A DNA stretch of 64,000 nt, from positions 51,704-115,703 of the IMG/VR virus record IMGVR_UViG_3300034024_000020. One strand, 5' to 3'. How positions within the stretch are numbered: position 1 is the first letter of the stretch; each line of letters begins with the position of its first letter. This document shows, in pieces, positions 19,837 through 29,320 of the stretch. A program made the position numbers and the translations under genes. The notes under the pieces were generated by a model. It had not been told where the DNA came from. It was given only the letters and a program-made list of their open reading frames with translations, and did no database searches. The DNA is from a virus.

Positions 19837-20348
19837 CTTATTCTATCTACTGTTTGTATACTGATGCTAATGAAATTTATATTGGTATGAGTAAAAACCC
19901 TCGGCTACGTGTACACCAGCACAGATATAAAAGTTGTAATTACAGATTAAGAAAGTTAATGGAAAATCCGAATGTCGTGATCCATTCACAAATTTTACAT
20001 ACTGATCTAAGCCGAGATGAAGCTGATAAATTAGAGAAAAGCTTAATACGAATATACAAAGCAGACCCAGAATACACGATTTTGAACATCCAATCTGGTG
20101 GGATTAGAGGAAACGCAAAAACCACAAAGTCCCAAGAAATTTCAAAAATCAAGAATTCAAAACATCACACTGATGATGACGTATTGAAAATGCGTCGTAA
20201 GTATTCTCAGTACAAATCAAAAATTGATCCTAAATGGGAGTGCTTGAAATACAATATGGGTTGGAAGTATTTTATGAACATATTAAAAGGTACCGCCAGA
20301 CAGAAAGTGGCCGGACCAATATTAGGAAAGGACTACTTTAATGGTTAA
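19824..20348 (+). CDS. free-standing GIY-YIG homing endonuclease
   Basis: SIYCL..IYIGMS..R..QH..LE..I..LN..GG. Confidence 0.85.
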   Translation: MAEITYSIYCLYTDANEIYIGMSKNPRLRVHQHRYKSCNYRLRKLMENPNVVIHSQILHTDLSRDEADKLEKSLIRIYKADPEYTILNIQSGGIRGNAKTTKSQEISKIKNSKHHTDDDVLKMRRKYSQYKSKIDPKWECLKYNMGWKYFMNILKGTARQKVAGPILGKDYFNG

Positions 20349-21177
20349 AATGAGTGACTATTTGACAGAACTACCAAGTGAGAACTTGATGGTCGTCGAC
20401 GCTCTTAACTTAGCGTTTAGATGGAAGCATCAAGGTTCACTAGTGTTTGCTCAAGAGTATGCTAGGACCGTGGAGAGTTTGGCGCGCTCTTACAAATGTG
20501 GCAAGATAGTTATTGCTGCAGATTGGGGTGGCAGTATGTACCGTCGGGAAATTTATCCCGAGTACAAGGCTAATAGAAAAGAACTGTATAAGGACGATAC
20601 CCCAGAACAGAAGGAATTCACAGAGAAATTCTTCAATGAGTATGAAGTAACTCTAGAGTTACTTGATAGTATGGGTTATGATGTTTTCCGTTATAAAGGA
20701 GTAGAGGCCGATGATATCGCAGCCTATCTTGTCAATCAACGGATTAACTTTGGATTCGATCAAATCTGGCTCATCTCTTCAGATAGGGACTGGGATTTGC
20801 TCATTGAGCCTAATGTCAGCAGATTTTCGTACGTCACTCGAAAAGAGCAGACCATTGATACGTGGGATAATCCTGTGCCTCCAGAACAATACCTATGCTA
20901 CAAATGTATTATTGGTGACCCCGGAGATAATGTACCAGGTGTCTCCCTTATCGGCCCTAAGCGTGCCACTGCATTGCTGGAACAATATGGTTCAGCTTTC
21001 GATATATGTGATGCCATCCCACTGCCAGGAAAGCAGCAGTTCATACAAAATTTAAATGCAAGTAAAGATCAAATCCTGATGAATCACGAACTGATGGATT
21101 TAAGAACTTACTGCGAGGAGGCCATTGGGCCACAAAATGTGCTAGATATTGCTCGTCGAATAACTGGTACAATTTAA
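20341..21177 (+). CDS. D15: flap endonuclease / 5'-3' exonuclease (T5 D15)
   Basis: VDALNLAFR, YKANR, EADD, SSDRD, GDPGDNVPGV..IGPK. Confidence 0.96.
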   Translation: MVKMSDYLTELPSENLMVVDALNLAFRWKHQGSLVFAQEYARTVESLARSYKCGKIVIAADWGGSMYRREIYPEYKANRKELYKDDTPEQKEFTEKFFNEYEVTLELLDSMGYDVFRYKGVEADDIAAYLVNQRINFGFDQIWLISSDRDWDLLIEPNVSRFSYVTRKEQTIDTWDNPVPPEQYLCYKCIIGDPGDNVPGVSLIGPKRATALLEQYGSAFDICDAIPLPGKQQFIQNLNASKDQILMNHELMDLRTYCEEAIGPQNVLDIARRITGTI

Positions 21178-21186
21178 GGAGAATTA

Positions 21187-23076
21187 ATGAATCCATTTCC
21201 ATCATATTATGAAGAGTTTATTTTTAAGAGCAGATATGCTCGATGGCTAGAAAGCGAGAAGAGAAGAGAGAACTGGGACGAAACTGTTAGCAGGCTAGTG
21301 GATTACTACCAACAGGCGGTTCACTTAGATGATGAGACAGCGGAGGAGATTTACGATGCGATTTATAACCTCGAAGTTATGCCATCCATGCGTGCCCTCA
21401 TGTCAGCCGGTGCTGCCCTTGACCGTTGTCATGTCGCTGCTTATAATTGCGCTTATCTTCCTGTAGATAATAAGCGTAGTTTTGATGAAGCCATGTACAT
21501 CCTAATGTGCGGTACAGGTGTAGGCTTCAGCGTAGAAGAAAAGTACACACATCAACTGCCTATTGTAGCCGAAGAGCTAAAGCCAGTTGATACAACAATT
21601 ATAGTAGGTGACAGCAAGGAGGGCTGGGCTAATGCGTTTCGACAACTCATCTCCCTGTTATATGATGGTGACATACCAAAATGGGATGTTTCTGGTGTTA
21701 GGCCCGCTGGAGCCAGACTTAAAACATTTGGTGGCAGAGCTTCTGGACCAGAACCCCTGGTTGACCTCTTCAAGTTCACAATCGACCTCTTCAAGAAGGC
21801 CGCAGGTCGTCGTCTAACCACATTAGAGTGTCATGATCTTATGTGCAATATCGCGACAACAATTGTTGTCGGAGGTGTGCGCCGATCAGCACTTATTTCT
21901 TTGTCGGATGTTACGGATGACCGTATGCGTTCAGCTAAATCAGGCGAGTGGTGGAACTACCATAAGTACAGAAACGTAGCTAATATTAGCGCGGTTTACA
22001 ACAATAGACGTCCTGATATGGACCTCTTTACGAAAGAGTGGTTCTCACTCTATGCGAGTAAGTCTGGTGAAAGAGGAATCTTTAGTAGAGGAGCCGCTAA
22101 ACGTATCGCCGCAAGAAATGGTCGACGTGATACCAATCATGATTTCGGCACAAACCCTTGCTCTGAGATTATTCTTAGACCATATCAATTCTGTAATCTT
22201 ACTGAGATCGTTGTACGACCCGATGATACTATCGAAACGTTAACACATAAGGCTAGAATAGCTTCCATTATTGGTACTATTCAGTCTATGTTCTCTAATT
22301 TTACGTATCTACGTAAGATTTGGAAGCAGAATACCGAGGAAGAGAGATTACTCGGTGTGTCATTAACTGGCATTTGCGATAATGTCAATCTAGTAGGGAA
22401 TGAACATGCACTTGAAGAAGTTCGCCGGGTGGTTGTTTCCACCAACAAGGAATGGGCTGAGATATTCGGTATTCCTCAGTCTGCTGCTACTACTTGTGTC
22501 AAGCCTAGTGGGACAGTCTCCCAGCTCGTTAATAGTAGTTCCGGCATGCATACTCGTTTCGCTGCTTACTATATCAGAACAGTTAGGGCAGATAATAAGG
22601 ATCCTCTCACAGACTTCCTTAAGCAAGCAGGTATCTATAACGAACCAGACGTCATGAACCATGCTAATACCGTGTTCTTCTTCCCGATCAAGAGTCCAGA
22701 TGCTTCAGTCACTAGAAATGATATGACAGCTATTCAGACGCTAGAAATGTGGAAGAAGTTGCAGGATCACTGGTGTGAACATAAGCCTAGTGTTACTATC
22801 AACGTTCGAGAAGAAGAATGGATGGCAGTTGGCGCATGGGTTTATGAAAACTTCGATTCAATGTCGGGAGTTAGCTTCTTGCCATATGACGGTGGAAGTT
22901 ATAGACAGGCTCCATATACCGAATGTACAAAGGAGGAATATGAAGAGTTTATGAAGAAGATGCCGGAGAGCATTGACTGGGAGGCTCTATCCAACTTTGA
23001 ATTCGAAGATAATACAGTAGGTTCTCAATCAGCAGCATGTTCTGCTGGATCATGTGAAATCGTAGATCTTACATAA
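21187..23076 (+). CDS. nrdJ: class II (adenosylcobalamin-dependent) ribonucleotide reductase
   Basis: YNC, GGVRRSA, TNPCSEI, KPSGTVS, C-terminal CSAGSC; no beta subunit gene nearby. Confidence 0.93.
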   Translation: MNPFPSYYEEFIFKSRYARWLESEKRRENWDETVSRLVDYYQQAVHLDDETAEEIYDAIYNLEVMPSMRALMSAGAALDRCHVAAYNCAYLPVDNKRSFDEAMYILMCGTGVGFSVEEKYTHQLPIVAEELKPVDTTIIVGDSKEGWANAFRQLISLLYDGDIPKWDVSGVRPAGARLKTFGGRASGPEPLVDLFKFTIDLFKKAAGRRLTTLECHDLMCNIATTIVVGGVRRSALISLSDVTDDRMRSAKSGEWWNYHKYRNVANISAVYNNRRPDMDLFTKEWFSLYASKSGERGIFSRGAAKRIAARNGRRDTNHDFGTNPCSEIILRPYQFCNLTEIVVRPDDTIETLTHKARIASIIGTIQSMFSNFTYLRKIWKQNTEEERLLGVSLTGICDNVNLVGNEHALEEVRRVVVSTNKEWAEIFGIPQSAATTCVKPSGTVSQLVNSSSGMHTRFAAYYIRTVRADNKDPLTDFLKQAGIYNEPDVMNHANTVFFFPIKSPDASVTRNDMTAIQTLEMWKKLQDHWCEHKPSVTINVREEEWMAVGAWVYENFDSMSGVSFLPYDGGSYRQAPYTECTKEEYEEFMKKMPESIDWEALSNFEFEDNTVGSQSAACSAGSCEIVDLT

Positions 23077-23111
23077 AAAGAAAGGGCGGCCCGGAAGGAC
23101 CGCCCTTTTTT
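23077..23111. terminator. bidirectional terminator between the convergent arms
   Basis: A-run, GGGCGG/CCGCCC stem, T-run. Confidence 0.88.
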
Positions 23112-23796
23112 ATTTCCACTTTCCCAGACTTAGTGCCTGTTGGAAGTTAACAGCATATTCTGCTATTAATCTAGCCTTATCCTGTCCATTAATGATACGT
23201 CTAGCATCAGTGAATTGCTTCAAATCTGCCGTACCACTAGTAGGGAGATAGGTCTTACAACTTTTCCCTGTAAACCAACCCTCACCCATACCTGAAATCA
23301 TAATATCGCTAGCAATGCTGCAATCCATAGCAAGATCAGGATTGGATATGAGAGGCTTACCTAGTTTCTTTTCTGCTTTTGCATAATTGTTCTTCCAGGT
23401 AAGTTGAACATATCCACGTCCGCAATACTTAGCGCCATCTCCCGGACTAGTATTACCATTATCTTTCGCTAATTGAGGACGTGATCCCTGAATATCATAC
23501 ATTTTAGTATAATAAGCAGTGCCACCATATTCTTTAACAGGTTGCATTGTATGAGCAGTTTCATGGTATGCTGTAGCTAAAGCATAAGCAGTCCAAGCTA
23601 GTGGCCATTTAGCTTTTGCACAAGCGCCTAATACAGCTTCACAACCATCAAACTCCTTAGGATCAAAGCTGGGGCCAAACATCTTTGATTTGCGAAGATA
23701 ATCATAGAATTTAGCTCCATCTTGTAATCCATTACTAAAGAGGGCCTGAGCCTCCTTAATAGGGTTTACTATTGTTTCTTCCCAAAATTTTGCCAT
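23110..23796 (-). CDS. GH19-family endolysin
   Basis: AYALATAYHET, GRGYVQLTWKNNY, ARRIING. Confidence 0.92.
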   Translation of the reverse strand: MAKFWEETIVNPIKEAQALFSNGLQDGAKFYDYLRKSKMFGPSFDPKEFDGCEAVLGACAKAKWPLAWTAYALATAYHETAHTMQPVKEYGGTAYYTKMYDIQGSRPQLAKDNGNTSPGDGAKYCGRGYVQLTWKNNYAKAEKKLGKPLISNPDLAMDCSIASDIMISGMGEGWFTGKSCKTYLPTSGTADLKQFTDARRIINGQDKARLIAEYAVNFQQALSLGKWK

Positions 23797-24116
23797 TATT
23801 TTTCCTTGAGGGCCTGAATCTCAACTTGTGTGAGTCCTTCTTGTACTACCTCATCTCGTGCTCCTGGGATAGCTTTCACCAGCTCCGCCATTTGCAACTT
23901 ATTCGTTTCGGTTTCTAGTTTTTGAGCTCTAAGAACCATTTGTGTTAATGAAATGGCCAGAACTGAGAGAATAAGTGTTAGTCTTCCCTCAGCTCCGCCG
24001 GTATGTAGGTAGAAGATACATCCTAATGGGAATAAGATGATTGCCGCAGGATGAGACGACCAATCAGCTACACTAACGCATATATCGCACATCCATTGGT
24101 AAATCTTAGACCACAT
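23796..24116 (-). CDS. membrane protein resembling the low-affinity iron permease (PF04120) repeat; possible holin
   Basis: Two TM helices then AQKLE..KLQMAELVKAIPGARDEVV..L..EI, resembling QNRD..KLDELIRA..ARN. Confidence 0.6.
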   Translation of the reverse strand: MWSKIYQWMCDICVSVADWSSHPAAIILFPLGCIFYLHTGGAEGRLTLILSVLAISLTQMVLRAQKLETETNKLQMAELVKAIPGARDEVVQEGLTQVEIQALKEK

Positions 24117-24459
24117 TACCTCCCCTCCCTTTGATGAATCTCATCATATTAAGAAGGCCATCCGTATTAACCACTATCGCTTCAGTGCACTCTTGTGTAG
24201 CTTCGCGTACATCTTGATTTGAACGAAGAGTCTTCTTATTCTCTCTAGCGAATTCCTCGCTGTGTTCTCTCAGAGCGTCGATAAGCTCTTTTAATAACCT
24301 TGAGTCCACGAAAGAGGCAGCCACTACGGTCCCCACCCCAGGGGCTGTCTTTTCCTCTTTAGTTCCCTCAGTCTTAATATATTTGAATGCCGCAACTATG
24401 GCAGCTATAATACCAGTTGCTAAAAGCACAGCGGTATTAACAAAATCGCCTTCTACCAT
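24106..24459 (-). CDS. single-TM coiled-coil protein (holin/antiholin candidate)
   Basis: N-terminal TM helix plus coiled coil, in the lysis cassette. Confidence 0.55.
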   Translation of the reverse strand: MVEGDFVNTAVLLATGIIAAIVAAFKYIKTEGTKEEKTAPGVGTVVAASFVDSRLLKELIDALREHSEEFARENKKTLRSNQDVREATQECTEAIVVNTDGLLNMMRFIKGRGGNVV

Positions 24460-24460
24460 T

Positions 24461-24892
24461 TTACTTTAACTCTCTGGCCCTTACATCGGCCAACTTGGCA
24501 TCACCAGCCGCAAACCAAAGAGCAAACAAATCGGTAAGCAGAACTCCCGCAATAAGAGCTATTGTAGGTGGATTCCACGTTAAGGCAACGAAACTAATAA
24601 GAAGGGTTGCCCAAATCATAATGCTTGAGAAAGCTCCTATAGCTCTGAAATGAGCTGTAGGCCTCCATGCACCATTGACTGTTAGAGATAGAAGCTTAAC
24701 TATTGCAACTGTAGTTGCAACTAGCCCCCAAATTGTTTGAGAAGCAATAGTAGCCATCGCTTCAAAGAAATCTCTATGCCATAATGTTGCAGGCTCAAAC
24801 AGTACCATCAAACCCCACATAAGCAAAGTTATAGAGGAGATCCATTCAGGAAGTCTCTCCCTGAATGTATCTTTAAATCGTACCATTATCAT
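24461..24892 (-). CDS. 4-TM membrane protein (holin candidate)
   Basis: Four hydrophobic helices; R..EW, WG, NG.W motifs. Confidence 0.6.
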   Translation of the reverse strand: MIMVRFKDTFRERLPEWISSITLLMWGLMVLFEPATLWHRDFFEAMATIASQTIWGLVATTVAIVKLLSLTVNGAWRPTAHFRAIGAFSSIMIWATLLISFVALTWNPPTIALIAGVLLTDLFALWFAAGDAKLADVRARELK

Positions 24893-24895
24893 AAT

Positions 24896-25102
24896 TTACT
24901 CCACTGAGTTAATAACTAACTCATAGACTTGTCCTGGCACGTATCTATCCGCAGAATCAAAAGCAATTTGAATAGCTGTAGAGGTATACATTGGCGCACC
25001 GTTTTGTGCTGCAACAGGCATAAACGTATAAATAAACGTTGCCGGAGCATTAGTTCCCATAGGGGTTTCTTGGAATGTAATTGAACTTAGTCTTACTTGC
25101 AT
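24896..25102 (-). CDS. hypothetical protein
   Basis: AGGAG RBS; within the late operon. Confidence 0.6.
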   Translation of the reverse strand: MQVRLSSITFQETPMGTNAPATFIYTFMPVAAQNGAPMYTSTAIQIAFDSADRYVPGQVYELVINSVE

Positions 25103-25111
25103 GTTATCTCC

Positions 25112-25579
25112 TTAAAGTGTTAATCCCCACGTATTAACCAAGCTGTGGGCTACTTGTCTGCGGTTTTCCGCAATTGTTTCCGATCTTCTTACTTGACTTT
25201 CTATGGCATTAAGAATTGCCATATCTACATTAAAGTCTGGATTTGATAGTTGCTCATGAGAGATCAGAATCTCATGAGGTTCATAGATTATGTATTTATC
25301 CTCAACAGTAGATACACTATTATCATCGTCTAGTTCTGAAATAGTAAGTGTAAGTGTGAAAGACGTATCTAAGATATCATTAGTAATAAATATGTTAGGA
25401 GACTTTTCCACTCTATTATCTGTTCTTTGTAGACGAATTCTGAACTTGTTTCCCTCTTGAGTTACAAATCCTTTATCATTACCCTCATTTGCAAGCTCGA
25501 AAGCTTGCAAATAAGGTGGCAGAACTTCTACTCCTATATCATCCAATTCAGATGGGCTTAAAATATTGTCTTCTGGCAT
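25112..25579 (-). CDS. hypothetical acidic protein (possible fibre chaperone)
   Basis: AGGAG RBS; directly after the fibre gene. Confidence 0.6.
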   Translation of the reverse strand: MPEDNILSPSELDDIGVEVLPPYLQAFELANEGNDKGFVTQEGNKFRIRLQRTDNRVEKSPNIFITNDILDTSFTLTLTISELDDDNSVSTVEDKYIIYEPHEILISHEQLSNPDFNVDMAILNAIESQVRRSETIAENRRQVAHSLVNTWGLTL

Positions 25580-25588
25580 TTTTGCTCC

Positions 25589-28500
25589 TTATGGCTTTCT
25601 GTAATATAGGGGGTTATGTGTTAGAATATAACGATCTTTTTCGTTTCCTGCTGCATATACGGATTGATAGCAACGGATTCTAGAAACTGATCTTGTTCCT
25701 ACTCCGATTACAGATTCAACTTTTTCCCATCTAAACTGATTATGGTCTAGTACGGGCACATTGTACCCTAAACAATTAGCGGCTAATATCATATCACCAT
25801 TTTTTAACGTCATAGGGGTGTTATGAGATAGGGTTAATTCAATTCCAGTTTCTGTTCTAATTTTAACGCATCTGTTAAATCCTATTTCATTGCTTTCTAC
25901 TTCAATAGTAGTTGTGCCTTCCATAGTATTCTCATCAAGAATAATTAAAGTATCATCTTCTGTTACAAAATACGCCAATTTAACTTGTTCTGTAGTTGGA
26001 ACAAAAGCTTCACATACTACACAATAACCAGGATCATCATAATTAGGAGTTGGTGGTGGCGGCGGCGGCGGAGCACCAGCAGCACTTCTAGTAAGTATAT
26101 TTCCTACATAAACTTTACCAGTTCCTAGTGCATTTACGAGATCTGTACTTACACCCCAACTTTCTCCAATAGTAGATGGATCGGCTTGATTTCTATACAC
26201 AAAGTAGCGTGTGTTATATGCGCCTCCTGCAATACTTCCTGCAGGAAATGTAATAGATCCACCCCAATCAGGATAGAAAGTCATAGCTGGAACATTAAGA
26301 GTTACGGATGAACCGTTATCTGTGTCTGTTATAACAGGGGCATCGTTTAAAGATCTCAATCCAAAATTATTGCTTGAATTTAAGAATCTTCCGTCAGCGC
26401 CTCTACCTGCTTGTGTCAGCTTTTGCGTACGATTACGTTCAGCTAATACACTAGAACCGTCGTCACCAAAGAAAGCTCCGTAAGCTACGGTGTAACCAGC
26501 GGGAGTACCTACTGTAGCATAATCCTGCGGTTTACCTGTACCATTAACATCAACCCAAGACTGATCTTTATTTTGAACAGCCGAAGGAAGCTCGATTACA
26601 CTATTATAAGTAGGACCTCGCTTAAGGTTAACTCTAGCTCTACCAGCGGTTCCACCTAAATCTGTTTCAATAGAAAGAGTAGAATTCTTTAATTCATTAC
26701 CTCCCAGTACAGTAACTCCATCTACATCATAAGAATTAGTCCCAACACGAGAACCTACTGTAGCAAAGTCCTGTGGTCTACCCGTACCCGATGTATTAGC
26801 CCAAAGATTATCTGTTCCCTGTCCAAATAGTACACTTTCAATACCATCCGAATAAATAGCTCCACCAACTCTCCATGTTCTATTTTGAAGACTGGCTGGA
26901 AGAGTAAAGGTATAACGCAAAGCTCCATTTTGTAAAAAACGAGCTATAACATTGTCGCATTCTACGCTCCAAATATCGCCTGGAGCAATAGTACCAATAC
27001 TATAGACATAGTCAGTGGCTGAAGAATAGAGCCCCATTACACCATTCTGAGCATATAAGCTTAATGCGTAGTGAGCCTCACTTCGTTCAGAAGGAGCGAC
27101 AATTGGACTTAACCCAAAAATGAAAAGGCCTGTACCTGAAGCAAGGCGTGCAGACATAAAAGCTGCATTTTGAACTGTTTCTAAAGCCCAATAAGAATGC
27201 CAAACTCCATAGGATATATGTTTGATTGAATTACCTACACGAATCAAATCTGGACTAAAAGCATTAAAAGTTATACTTGTTCCAGCATTTGGTGATGGTA
27301 CTCCTTCGCCTGTTAAATCAAGAAAAGCAGACTTATTACTAGGAGTAAGATTAACATCACTAATATCACCACTATGGATAGCTACTAAAGCTCGGTAAGT
27401 GAATCCTCTTGTAACGTCTACAGTAACTTCTTTTACCACAACACCGTTACGGCTCCAACGCATAGTTACGCCGTCATACTCAAGTACAACCCAATCTCCT
27501 GCATTAAGAACTGGCCCACCACCTACATAAGATCCATTTACTAGAAAAGTGGCGGATACGCCTAATCCATTGCAGTACCACCCCCATTGTAGCGATCCAC
27601 CATAATTAGCTGGAGGAATGTCTGGGTGTAAAGCTAAAATGAACAGGTTACTATTAGCTGTCACTTTTCCGCTAAGAATGCATGATCCTTTATAAGATTC
27701 ATTGATGTACGCGGATTGACCCCAAGCGTACCCTACTTTAGTTGCTTTATTACCCTGTACAACAATACTAGAATCAGTTCCTACTAATGTTACAGTAGTA
27801 CCCGCATTATCTGCTGGCTTACTTGAACCTGTGACTCCCACCCATGTGGAGGTTTGAGCAGATGCATTATTTGCTGCTGCTACAAGAGCTGCTTCTTCTT
27901 TAAAGTAATTTGCTACATAGTTATTGAAATCGTTAGTAGCATAAGTAGCTTTGTTAGGATTCAACATAGTTGAATAGCTGGCGATATAAACGTTTAGAGC
28001 GTTATAAGCTGAATCAAAAGCTACAACACTTACGCCTCTAGTTACGCCTTCGGCTCTGTACTTAACATAGTTAGACTGAATAGTAGCCCACGTAGGAATA
28101 ACATATTGAGTCTTGTCTTTCTTAGAGATGGTTCCGTCTAATGAAATATTCAGTAGAGCATTATTAATGTCACGTGCATTATCCGCATTATACGCGATAG
28201 TGTTTTGTGCGTCTGTAGAAAGAGTGAACTTCTTAGTAAGCGTTACTGTAGCAACGGTAGTAGCGTTATAAACAGCTTCTACAATGATGCTATCATTAGC
28301 GCCAATATCAGCACCACTTACGTTAATGAAGCTTTGTCCATTAGCTTCTGAACGAATGAGAGCGTATGTAGGTGTACGAAGATTCCATGTTAGAGCAACG
28401 TCGACACCATTTAAGGTACCGGTCACTTGTAGGTATTGGACGGCAGGAGTTAGTACATTATCAACATATACGAACTCACTGTTTCTAGCAGTAATATTGA

Positions 28501-29320
28501 GCGTTGGTCCTGCTGGTCCTTGAGCTCCAGTTGCACCGGGACTTCCTGTGTTACCAGTGGTGCCTGTTGCACCTTGAGCTACTCTAAGAATGTTTAGAGT
28601 ATCAAAGAAAGTTGTTCCATCAGTAATAGTAGCTTTAACAATTACACCCGTAGTGCCGTTTCTTGCTAGAGCGAAATTAGCTTGAGTTAGCTGGCAAGTA
28701 GTTGCAGTTTGCGAGGTCAAATAAGTTGACGACTGTGCAATACCATTAATATCAGTTATAGACCAAGTAACAGCATTTGTTGTATTTTGTCTGTTAGCAG
28801 TAAATGCTACTGTTTGAACAGTAGGTGTAGGGGCACCTGCAGAGTCATAATAAATACTCTGCACGTTTGATACTAAGACCAAAGTTTTAGCATCTGACCC
28901 TGTAACTTTTTGCCAAGAATATACAGCAGGATTAGTACTTTCTGTAGGGGTAGTACCATAAGCTACACCAATGTAAGTTCTATTACCTGGTGCTCCGGTA
29001 GTAAAGTTAGTACTTCCAGTAGCATCATCAGCGTAAACGAACCAAGGGTATTGAGGTGTACCATCTGTACCAGCTTCGACGAAAACCTGATAATTAGCAG
29101 GAGTTACGTCTGGAGTGGCAGAAGTTGATTTGTTGTGTGTAGCTAATACAGTGAATGCACTACCAAAATAAGTGACGATATCACCTACATTTAACTGAGT
29201 ACCATTAGGTAAACTTGTCCAATCACCTCTAGGATTATTTCGCGTTGCAGGCAAAGTTGTACCTGCAACGCCTGAAGCGCTTGGAAGAGGATAGAATTCA
29301 CTGTAATAAGCTTTTGACAT
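25589..29320 (-). CDS. tail fibre / receptor-binding protein with collagen stretch, two SPRY/lectin-like domains and C-terminal Hint domain
   Basis: GxxGxxG run, repeated W..V.G.GKP.D.A motifs, poly-Pro linker, CVV...THN. Confidence 0.85.
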   Translation of the reverse strand: MSKAYYSEFYPLPSASGVAGTTLPATRNNPRGDWTSLPNGTQLNVGDIVTYFGSAFTVLATHNKSTSATPDVTPANYQVFVEAGTDGTPQYPWFVYADDATGSTNFTTGAPGNRTYIGVAYGTTPTESTNPAVYSWQKVTGSDAKTLVLVSNVQSIYYDSAGAPTPTVQTVAFTANRQNTTNAVTWSITDINGIAQSSTYLTSQTATTCQLTQANFALARNGTTGVIVKATITDGTTFFDTLNILRVAQGATGTTGNTGSPGATGAQGPAGPTLNITARNSEFVYVDNVLTPAVQYLQVTGTLNGVDVALTWNLRTPTYALIRSEANGQSFINVSGADIGANDSIIVEAVYNATTVATVTLTKKFTLSTDAQNTIAYNADNARDINNALLNISLDGTISKKDKTQYVIPTWATIQSNYVKYRAEGVTRGVSVVAFDSAYNALNVYIASYSTMLNPNKATYATNDFNNYVANYFKEEAALVAAANNASAQTSTWVGVTGSSKPADNAGTTVTLVGTDSSIVVQGNKATKVGYAWGQSAYINESYKGSCILSGKVTANSNLFILALHPDIPPANYGGSLQWGWYCNGLGVSATFLVNGSYVGGGPVLNAGDWVVLEYDGVTMRWSRNGVVVKEVTVDVTRGFTYRALVAIHSGDISDVNLTPSNKSAFLDLTGEGVPSPNAGTSITFNAFSPDLIRVGNSIKHISYGVWHSYWALETVQNAAFMSARLASGTGLFIFGLSPIVAPSERSEAHYALSLYAQNGVMGLYSSATDYVYSIGTIAPGDIWSVECDNVIARFLQNGALRYTFTLPASLQNRTWRVGGAIYSDGIESVLFGQGTDNLWANTSGTGRPQDFATVGSRVGTNSYDVDGVTVLGGNELKNSTLSIETDLGGTAGRARVNLKRGPTYNSVIELPSAVQNKDQSWVDVNGTGKPQDYATVGTPAGYTVAYGAFFGDDGSSVLAERNRTQKLTQAGRGADGRFLNSSNNFGLRSLNDAPVITDTDNGSSVTLNVPAMTFYPDWGGSITFPAGSIAGGAYNTRYFVYRNQADPSTIGESWGVSTDLVNALGTGKVYVGNILTRSAAGAPPPPPPPTPNYDDPGYCVVCEAFVPTTEQVKLAYFVTEDDTLIILDENTMEGTTTIEVESNEIGFNRCVKIRTETGIELTLSHNTPMTLKNGDMILAANCLGYNVPVLDHNQFRWEKVESVIGVGTRSVSRIRCYQSVYAAGNEKDRYILTHNPLYYRKP

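Noticed and set aside
8992-23076. Introns or inteins in pol, helicases or nrdJ
   Set aside because: ORFs are continuous and of normal size; the GIY-YIG genes are free-standing
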